Below the pieces are notes generated by a model, which ran no database searches, was not told the DNA's origin, and saw nothing but the letters and a program-made list of their open reading frames with translations. A stretch of DNA of 64,000 nucleotides, taken from the NCBI RefSeq assembly GCF_022045235.1, contig NW_027266286.1:68510001-68574000 (forward strand), given 5' to 3'. The position numbers and the translations under genes are program-made. This DNA is from Haliotis cracherodii. Lineage: Eukaryota. Each line of letters begins with the position of its first letter. The stretch's first letter is position 1. Of the stretch, positions 53,930 through 64,000 are shown piece by piece.

Positions 53930-56119
53930 CCTGTCAGTTACGTTGTTTATCCACGAGAGAATAAACAATTTGAATGTCGCCTTTGGGATTCACACCGCCT
54001 TATATACATGTGGTACAGGAAATCAGGATGTTGAATGTAAATGCCCACATTGGAAGATTTTAGTAAATAAAATTCCAATGAGACTTTTTACAACTTTAGA
54101 GCGTGAAGAAGGAATCTCTATTTTGTAATATCACATACGACACTGCCACCTGCCTCTCTGTATCAGGCATATCTTTCTGCATAATTATTAAATGCAAACT
54201 GTGTATTTGTGACCTAACCTGGCACCCTGTGGCTATCTCACTGCCGGGAAGCATGATAGATTTAGTGGTTCATCCAATGCAATTACAGCTACAGACCGTT
54301 TTGTGAAAAACTTAAATGGAGATAGAATATTTGAAATGAAGGATAAATGCTGACCTTTAGAATTTCGTTGGGTGCAAGTACTGAGTCTACTAAGCTACCA
54401 TGACTTGGAGTCAAAAAACGTTTATCAACGTATGTCAAATACGTCTTTAAAAGCAGAGGTTGTGGGAAGCTAATTATTCATCTATTCATAATCAAACTTT
54501 ATGTGAAGTTGGATTTTTCAAGTGTGTGATATATTTCAAAGTTTGAATACCTGCCCTAATAATTTCAAAGTCTCATTACTTTCTACAATAAAACAGGGTG
54601 AAAGCTGATGATATACGCTCTTTGGTTTTCTGGCCTATAACACATGAATGAGCACAGGGAAATCATGCCATCCCTGCCCACATTACTTTTCAAAGGAACT
54701 CTTCCATCTAAGTTTATCTCGTGTGTGTATATGTGTGTGTTTTGGAGAGAAAGTTCACGTCACATTTTATGCTATTTCGTAACTGGCCCAAACACTAAAC
54801 AATGATGAAATGCATGAACATTTTCTAAAGAGTGGTCAAATCTCAGCTTTCGAACACCACATGTGGACAGGATATACTTATCCATCACACGAATACCTGA
54901 TGAAACCACTATCTCCGCAGGAACATGGATGTGGTGGTAGTTTGTGACAGGCACTAGGGGCTTCAACCGTCAATCTATGACCCATGTATGACCCCCTTCC
55001 TGCCAAGCATTACCCACACCCACCCACCAAACAACAGCACCAGAGATGAACATTCATCTGGCGTCAGAGCACAATTATTCGTCATTCTTTGCTATCTACA
55101 GTGGCATGCCAGTTCATACTGATTAATATCGCCCTTGCCGACTAACCTGTTACTTATCATTTGAACAGCAAAATACCAGTCTGGGTCCACCAGCTCGACT
55201 TCTAAGTAAACGCTGTCAACAACGGTCACTGAAAGTATCGAGCCGAAACACACCCATCGGCCTTCAACTGGGGGTCAAATCATGGGAAGTTCGAGTCAAT
55301 ATCATGCACACATTTTGGATCAAAACAAATTACCAACACAATACAATGTCCAATCTTGCATTTAAGCTATCACAAGTCACTCCAAACATATCTGACACAG
55401 ACTCAACAACCCATTCAAACGGGGGACTATATTCTCCTATTTACCTTCCGGGTCATGGTAAAACGTAGGGGACGTAACTGTGGTCTCGGGCCTAGTCTAT
55501 CTTAGAGCGAATCTGCTCCTTGACCATTCATATTGCGCTGGACTCTTGAAAAAACAGAAAACAAACCAATTGGATTTGGTTTAGAGTGGGCTTTCTCTTG
55601 AGATCGTGCCGTTGTATTGGTGGATCGCTGCTCAACTGTATAAGCTCTTAATTCTATCGGCATTGCATGAGTGCATTGAGGCACGTGCCACAGTTTTATT
55701 TGGACATGCACACGGCTGTAATTATAAGCCAGGTGGACGTTTAGAGGCCATAATGATAGTACGATACTAAATGGGACTTCATGCATTTTCGGACAGAAAC
55801 AGTCTACTTGCTTTGTTCAACATGTGTATAGGTTTATTGGCAGGCCTTCGAGGTTCCTAACCTTGGTGGGAATGATTCCAAAGTGACAATCACTATGCAG
55901 GACACTGAAAAGTAAGTAGGGAAACTAGCTCATACAATCTTGAATTTGATTGTACTTGAAGAAAATATAACCAAAGATATATTTACAATATAAACCACAG
56001 CTTTATTTGTACTCGTTGAGAAATAGACAGAATGAATGGATGCAGCATGGTGAGTGCAATCGACAAATATGATACCAAATGTCCAGCACTTGATGTGAAT
56101 ATGATGATCCTTGAATCTT

Positions 56120-56723
56120 TTAACCGTGGTGTGCGCCTCCATGACCACCACCTCCATGACCACCTCCTCCGTGACCACCTCCTCCGTGGCCACCACCTCC
56201 GTGTCCTCCTCCTCCTCCTCCATGGCCACCACCTCCGTGTCCTCCTCCTCCTCCTCCATGGCCACCACCTCCGTGTCCTCCTCCTCCTCCTCCTCCTTCA
56301 TGGCCACCACCTCCGTGACCTCCACCACCGTGACCGCCGCCTCCGTGACCACCACCACCACCACCGTGGCCGCCTCCGCCTCCGCCTCCGTGGCCTCCGC
56401 CTCCATGGCCGCCACCACCACCACCATGGCCACCAAGGGCGGAGCCAAGGAAGACTGTGAAGAATGTACAGAAACAACAATACATAAGTGGTCATATATG
56501 ACAGGATACACACACACACACAAAATCCGTCCACCATTCCTGATACAGTTTAGACCATGGTAGAAACTATCCTATTCATTACGTTGTCAGCAAATCGAAA
56601 AGCCACTTAAAACTCAGCAAGAGCTAATAAAGTTGATTATTACAAAGTTTAAGATTGCGAATTCTCATCAGATAAGGCACACTTACCCAAGACTACAACA
56701 ACTGCAACGTTAAGAAGGCGCAT
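56120..56723 (-). CDS. Secreted Gly/His-rich protein, copy 21 (exons 56687-56723, 56120-56454; 123 aa)
   Basis: Intact; same protein as copy 20. Confidence 0.9.
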
Positions 56724-58269
56724 CCTGTCAGTTACGTTGTTTATCCACGAGAGAATAAACAATTTGAATGTCGCCTTTGGGATTCACACCGCCTTATATA
56801 CATGTGGTACAGGAAATCAGGATGTTGAATGTAAATGCCCACATTGGAAGATTTTAGTAAATAAAATTCCAATGAGACTTTTTACAACTTTAGAGCGTGA
56901 AGAAGGAATCTCTATTTTGTAATATCACATACGACACTGCCACCTGCCTCTCTGTATCAGGCATATCTTTCTGCATAATTATTAAATGCAAACTGTGTAT
57001 TTGTGACCTAACCTGGCACCCTGTGGCTATCTCACTGCCGGGAAGCATGATAGATTTAGTGGTTCATCCAATGCAATTACAGCTACAGACCGTTTTGTGA
57101 AAAACTTAAATGGAGATAGAATATTTGAAATGAAGGATAAATGCTGACCTTTAGAATTTCGTTGGGTGCAAGTACTGAGTCTACTAAGCTACCATGACTT
57201 GGAGTCAAAAAACGTTTATCAACGTATGTCAAATACGTCTTTAAAAGCAGAGGTTGTGGGAAGCTAATTATTCATCTATTCATAATCAAACTTTATGTGA
57301 AGTTGGATTTTTCAAGTGTGTGATATATTTCAAAGTTTGAATACCTGCCCTAATAATTTCAAAGTCTCATTACTTTCTACAATAAAACAGGGTGAAAGCT
57401 GATGATATACGCTCTTTGGTTTTCTGGCCTATAACACATGAATGAGCACAGGGAAATCATGCCATCCCTGCCCACATTACTTTTCAAAGGAACTCTTCCA
57501 TCTAAGTTTATCTCGTGTGTGTATATGTGTGTGTTTTGGAGAGAAAGTTCACGTCACATTTTATGCTATTTCGTAACTGGCCCAAACACTAAACAATGAT
57601 GAAATGCATGAACATTTTCTAAAGAGTGGTCAAATCTCAGCTTTCGAACACCACATGTGGACAGGATATACTTATCCATCACACGAATACCTGATGAAAC
57701 CACTATCTCCGCAGGAACATGGATGTGGTGGTAGTTTGTGACAGGCACTAGGGGCTTCAACCGTCAATCTATGACCCATGTATGACCCCCTTCCTGCCAA
57801 GCATTACCCACACCCACCCACCAAACAACAGCACCAGAGATGAACATTCATCTGGCGTCAGAGCACAATTATTCGTCATTCTTTGCTATCTACAGTGGCA
57901 TGCCAGTTCATACTGATTAATATCGCCCTTGCCGACTAACCTGTTACTTATCATTTGAACAGCAAAATACCAGTCTGGGTCCACCAGCTCGACTTCTAAG
58001 TAAACGCTGTCAACAACGGTCACTGAAAGTATCGAGCCGAAACACACCCATCGGCCTTCAACTGGGGGTCAAATCATGGGAAGTTCGAGTCAATATCATG
58101 CACACATTTTGGATCAAAACAAATTACCAACACAATACAATGTCCACTCTTACATTTAAGCTATCACAAGTCTCTCCAAACATATCTGGCAGAGACTCAA
58201 CAACCCATTCAAACGGGGGACTATATTCTCCTATTTACCTTCCGGGTCATGGTAAAACTTAGGGGACGT

Positions 58270-58300
58270 AACTGTGGTCTCGGGCCTGTGTATTTGTGAC
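58270..58300. other. Rearrangement junction: ~1.5-kb deletion removing one whole gene copy
   Basis: ...ggtctcgggc[ct]gtgtatttgtgacc... joins unit position ~2356 (normally gggcct|agtc) to position ~1054 of the next unit (normally aaact|gtgtattt). Gene spacing here is 4097 bp. Confidence 0.93.
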
Positions 58301-60216
58301 CTAACCTTGCACCCTGTGGCTATCTCACTGCCGGGAAGCATGATAGATTTAGTGGTTCATCCAATGCAATTACAGCTACAGACCGTTTTGTGAAAATTTG
58401 AATGGAGATAGAATATTTGAAATGAAGGATAAATGCTGACCTTTAGAATTTCGTTGGGTGCAAGTACTGAGTCTACTAAGCTACCATGACTTGGAGTCAA
58501 AAGACGTTTATCAACGTATGTCAAATACGTCTTTAAAAGCAGAGGTTGTGGGAAGCTAATTATTCATCTATTCATAATCAAACTTTATGTGAAGTTGGAA
58601 TTTTCAAGTGTGTGATATATTTCAAAGTTTGAATACCTGCCCTAATAATTTCAAAGTCTGATTACTTTCTACAATAAAACAGAGTGAAAGCTGATGATAT
58701 ACGCTCTTTGGTTTTCTGGCCTATAACACATGAATGAACACAGGGAAATCATTCCATCCCTGCCCATATTACTTTTAAAAGGAACTCTTCCATCTAAGTT
58801 TATCTCGTGTGTGTATATGTGTGTGTTTGGGAGTGTTTGGGAGAGAAAGTTCACGTCACATTTTATGCTATTTCGTAACTGGCCCAAACACTAAACAATG
58901 ATAAAATGCATGAACATTTTCTAAAGAGTGGTCAAATCTCAGCTTTCGAACACCACATGTTGACAGGATATACTTATCCATCACACGAATACCTGATGAA
59001 ACCACTATCTCCGCAGGAACATGGATGTGGTGGTAGTTTATGACAGGCACTAGGGGCTTCAACCGTCAATCTATGACCCATGTATGACCCCCTTCCTGCC
59101 AAGCATTACCCACACCCACCCACCAAACCACAGCACCAGAGATGAACATTCATCTGGCGTCAGAGCACAATTATTCGTCATTCTTTGCTATCTACAGTGG
59201 CATGCCAATTCATACTGATTAATATCGCCTTTGCTGACTAACCTGTTACTTATCATTTGAACAGCAAAATACCAGTCTGGGTCCACCAGCTCGACTTCCA
59301 AGTAAACGCTGTCAACAACGGTCACTGAAAGTATCGAGCCGAAACACACCCATCGGCCTTCAACTGGGGGTCAAATCATGGGAAGTTCGAGTCAATATCA
59401 TGCACACATTTTGGATCAAAACAAATTACCAACACAATACAATGTGCAATCTTGCATTTAAGCTATCACAAGTCACTCCAAACATATCTGGAACAGACTC
59501 AACAACCCATTCAAACGGGGGACTATATTCTCCTATTTACCTTCCGGGTCATGGTAAAACTTAGGGGACGTAACTGTGGTCTCGGGCCTAGTCTATCTTA
59601 GAGCGAATCTGCTCCTTGACCATTCATATTGCGCTGGACTCTTGAAAAAACAGAAAACAAACCAATTGGATTTGGTTTAGAGTGGGCTTTCTCTTGAGAA
59701 CGTGCCGTTGTATTGGTGGAGCGCTGCTCAACTGTATAAGCTCTTAATTCTATCGGCATTGCATGAGTGAATTGAGGCACGTGCCACAGTTTTATTTGGA
59801 CATGCACACGGCTGTAATTATAAGCCAGGTGGACGTTTAGAGGCCATAATGATAGTACGATACTAAATGGGACTTCATGCATTTTCGGACAGAAACAGTC
59901 TACTTGCTTTGTTCAACATGTGTATAGGTTTATTGGCAGGCCTTCGAGGTTCCTAACCTTTGTGGGCAATGATTCCAAAGTGACAATCACTATGCAGGAC
60001 ACTGAAAAGTAAGTAGGGAAACTAGCTCATACAATCTTGAATTTGATTGTACTTGAAGAAAATATAACCAAAGATATTTTTACAATATAAACCACAGCTT
60101 TATTTGTACTCGTTGAGAAATAGACAGAATGGATGGATGCAGCATGGTGAGTGCAATCGACAAATATGATATCAAATGTCCAGCACTTGATGTGAATATG
60201 ATGATCCTTGAATCTT

Positions 60217-60824
60217 TTAACCGTGGTGTCCGCCTCCATGACCACCACCTCCATGACCGCCTCCTCCGTGACCACCTCCTCCGTGGCCACCACCTCCGTG
60301 TCCTCCTCCTCCTCCTCCGTGGCCACCACCTCCGTGTCCTCCTCCTCCTCCTCCTCCATGGCCACCACCTCCGTGTCCTCCTCCTCCTCCTCCTCCATGG
60401 CCACCACCTCCGTGACCTCCACCACCGTGACCGCCGCCTCCGTGACCACCACCACCACCACCGTGGCCGCCACCTCCATGGCCTCCGCCTCCGTGGCCTC
60501 CGCCTCCATGGCCGCCACCACCACCACCATGGCCACCAAGGGCGGAGCCAAGGAAGACTGTGAAGAATGTACAGAAACATTAATACATAAGTGGTCATAT
60601 ATGACAGGATACACACACACACAAAATCCGTCCACCATTCCTGATACAGTTTAGACCATGGTAGAAACTATCCTATTCATTACGTTGTCAGCAAATCGAA
60701 AAGCCACTTAAAACTCAGCAAGAGCTAATAAAGTTGATTATTACAAAGTTTAAGATTGCGAATTCTCATCAGATAAGGCACACTTACCCAAGACTACAAC
60801 AACTGCAACGTTAAGAAGGCGCAT
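60217..60824 (-). CDS. Secreted Gly/His-rich protein, copy 22 (exons 60788-60824, 60217-60557; 125 aa); absent from the ORF track
   Basis: The spliced frame is intact (mature 85 Gly + 20 His). The unspliced MYCC... ORF is broken by an intronic TAA, so the ORF finder missed it. Confidence 0.9.
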
Positions 60825-63034
60825 CCTGTCAGTTACGTTGTTTATCCACGAGAGAATAAACAATTTGAATGTCGCTTTTGGGATTCACACCGCCTTATAT
60901 ACATGTGGTACAGGAAATCAGGATGTTGAATGTAAATGCCCACATTGGAAGATTTTAGTAAATAAAATTCCAATGAGACTTTTTACAACTTTAGAGCGTG
61001 AAGAATGAATCTCTATTTTGTAATATCACATGTGACAGTGTCACCTGCCTCTCTGTATTAGGCATATCTTCCTGCATAATTATTAAATGCAAACTGTGTA
61101 TTTGTGACCTAACCTGGCACCCTGTGGCTATCTCACTGCCGGGAAGCATGATAGATTTAGTGGTTCATCCAATGCAATTACAGCTACAGACCGTTTTGTG
61201 AAAAACTTGAATGGAGATAGAATATTTGAAATGAAGGTTAAATGCTGACCTTTAGAATGTCATTGGGTGCAAGTACTGAGTCTACTGAGCTACCATGACT
61301 TGGAGTCAAAGGACGTTTATCAACGTATGTCAAATACGTCTTTAAAAGCAGAGGTTGTGGGAAGCTAATTATTCATCTATTCATAATCAAACTTTATGTG
61401 AAGTTGGATTTTTCAAGTGTGTGATATATTTCAAAGTTTGAATACCTGCCCTAATAATTTCAAAGTCTCAATACTTTCTGCAATAAAACAGGGTGAAAGC
61501 TGATGATATACGCTCTTTGGTTTTCTGGCCTATAACACATGAATGAACACAGGGAAATCATGCCATCCCTGCCCATATTACTTTTAAAAGGAACTCTTCC
61601 ATCTAAGTTTATCTCGTGTGTGTATATGTGTGTGTTTGGGAGTGTTTGGGAGTGTTTGGGAGAGAAAGTTCACGTCACATTTTATGCTATTTCGTAACTA
61701 GCCCAAACACTAAACAATGGTGAAATGCATGAACATTTTCTAAAGAGTGGTCAAATCTCAGCTTTCGAACACCACATGTGGACAGGATATACTTATCCAT
61801 CACACGAATACCTGATGAAACCACTATCTCCGCAGGAACATGGATGTGGTGGTAGTTTATGACAGGCACTAGGGGCTTCAACCGTCAATCTATGACCCAT
61901 GTATGACCCCCTTCCTGCCAAGCATTACCCACACCCACCCACCAAACAACAGCACCAGAGATGAACATTCATCTGGCGTCAGAGCACAATTATTCGTCAT
62001 TCTTTGCTATCTACAGTGGCATGCCTATTCATACTGATTAATATCGCCCTTGCTGACTAACCTGTTACTTATCATTTGAACAGCAAAATACCAGTCTGGG
62101 TCCACCAGCTCGACTTCCAAGTAAACGCTGTCAACAACGGTCACTGAAAGTATCGAGCCGAAACACACCCATCGGCCTTCAACTGGGGGTCAAATCATGG
62201 GAAGTTCGAGTCAATATCATGCACACATTTTGGATCAAAACAAATTACCAACACAATACAATGTCCAATCTTGCATTTAAGCTATCACAAATCACTCCAA
62301 ACATATCTGGAACAGACTCAACAACCCATTCAAACGGGGGACTATATTCTCCTATTTACCTTCCGGGTCATGGTAAAACTTAGGGGACGTAACTGTGGTC
62401 TCGGGCCTAGTCTATCTTAGAGCGAATCTGCTCCTTGACCATTCATATTGCGCTGGACTCTTGATGAAACAGAAAACAAACCAATTGGATTTGGTTTAGA
62501 GTGGGCTTTCTCTTGAGAACGTGCCGTTGTATTGGTGGATCGCTGCTCAACTGTATAAGCTCTTAATTCTATCGGCATTGCATGAGTGCATTGAGGCACG
62601 TGCCACAGTTTTATTTGGACATGCACACGGCTGTAATTATAAGCCAGGTGGACGTTTAGAGGCCATAATGATAGTACGATACTAAATGGGACTTCATGCA
62701 TTTTCGGACAGAAAAAGTCTACTTGATTGTTCAACATGTGTATAGGTTTATTGGCAGGCCTTCGAGGTTCCTTACCTTTGTGGGCAATGATTCCAAAGTG
62801 ACAATCACTATGCAGGACACTGAAAAGTAAGTAGGGAAACTAGCTCTTACAATCTTGAATTTGATTGTACTTGAAGAAAATATAACCAAAGATATTTTTA
62901 CAATATAAACCACAGCTTTATTTGTACTCGTTGAGAAATAGACAGAATGGATGGATGCAGCATGGTGAGTGCAATCGACAAGTATGATATCAAATGTCCA
63001 GCACTTGATGTGAATATGATGATCCTTGAATCTT

Positions 63035-63606
63035 TTAACCGTGGTGTCCGCCTCCATGACCACCACCTCCATGACCACCTCCTCCGTGACCACCTCCTCC
63101 GTGGCCACCACCTCCGTGTCCTCCTCCTCCTCCTCCATGGCCACCACCTCCGTGTCCTCCTCCTCCATGGCCACCACCTCCGTGACCTCCACCACCGTGA
63201 CTGCCGCCTCCGTGACCTCCACCACCACCACCACCACCGTGGCCGCCACCTCCATGGTCTCCGCCTCCGTGGCCTCCGCCTCCATGGCCGCCACCACCAC
63301 CACCATGGCCACCAAGGGCGGAGCCAAGGAAGACTGTGAAGAATGTACAGAAACAACAATACATAAGTGGTCATATATGACAGGATACACACACACACAC
63401 ACACAAAATCCGTCCACCATTCCTGATACAGTTTAGACCATGGTAGAAACTATCCTATTCATTACGTTGTCAGCAAATCGAAAAGCCACTTAAAACTCAG
63501 CAAGAGCTAATAAAGTTGATTATTACAAAGTTTAAGATTGCGAATTCTCATCAGATAAGGCACACTTACCCAAGACTACAACAACTGCAACGTTAAGAAG
63601 GCGCAT
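63035..63606 (-). CDS. Secreted Gly/His-rich protein, copy 23, divergent (exons 63570-63606, 63035-63333; 111 aa)
   Basis: Intact; Gly->Asp, Gly->Ser, two modules, altered Gly run lengths. Confidence 0.9.
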
Positions 63607-64000
63607 CCTGTCAGTTACGTTGTTTATCCACGAGAGAATAAACAATTTGAATGTCGCTTTTGGGATTCACACCGCCTTATATACATGTGGTACAGGAAAT
63701 CAGGATGTTGAATGTAAATACCCACATTGGACGATTTTAGTAAATAAAATTCCAATGAGACTTTTTACAACTTTAGAGCGTGAAGAAGGAATCTCTATTT
63801 TGTAATATCACATGTGACAGTGTCACCTGCCTCTCTGTATTAGGCATATCTTCCTGCATAATTATTAAATGCAAACTGTGTATTTGTGACCTAACCTGGC
63901 ACCCTGTGGCTATCTCACTGCCGGGAAGCATGATAGATTTAGTGGTTCATCCAATGCAATTACAGCTACAGACCGTTTTGTGAAAAACTTGAATGGAGAT

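Larger units (their letters stand above)
1..64000. repeat. Head-to-tail tandem array of a ~2.8-kb gene-containing unit (23 gene copies plus one gene-less deleted unit)
   Basis: The same sequence and ORF set recur throughout. Stop-to-stop spacings are 2796, 2799, 2799, 2802, 2799 (x7), 2802, 2802, 2801, 2748, 2803, 2806, 2789, 2794, 2798, 4097 and 2818 bp. Copies differ by scattered SNPs and small indels. The array runs off both ends of the window. Confidence 0.99.

Noticed and set aside
1-64000. CRISPR array, rDNA/5S, histone or snRNA cluster, or tandem transposon
   Set aside because: There is no repeat-spacer structure and no rRNA, snRNA or histone sequence that I recognise. There is no transposase/RT ORF, LTR or TIR.

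Overview
This window is eukaryotic DNA, probably from an invertebrate animal (an inference; the taxon cannot be fixed from the sequence). All of it is a head-to-tail tandem array of a ~2.8-kb unit (mostly 2,799 bp). Each unit carries one two-exon gene on the minus strand, which the ORF track mis-starts. Its layout is CCAAT/TATA promoter, a 37-nt coding exon 1 (MRLLNVAVVVVL), a phase-1 GT-AG intron of ~232 nt, exon 2, TAA and AATAAA. The spliced product is a 20-aa signal peptide (MRLLNVAVVVVLVFLGSALG) followed by an 84-105 aa mature chain made almost only of Gly and His (H-G4..8 repeats, ending ...GGGHHG). There are 23 copies with intact reading frames. At ~58,287 one unit has lost ~1.5 kb containing the whole gene. 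Neighbouring copies share SNP blocks, and divergence rises toward the right end, consistent with concerted evolution. The best reading is an amplified locus for a secreted poly-Gly/His, probably metal-binding, structural or defence peptide. The function is inferred, not shown. No prokaryotic features, RNA genes, CRISPR arrays or transposase/RT ORFs were recognised.
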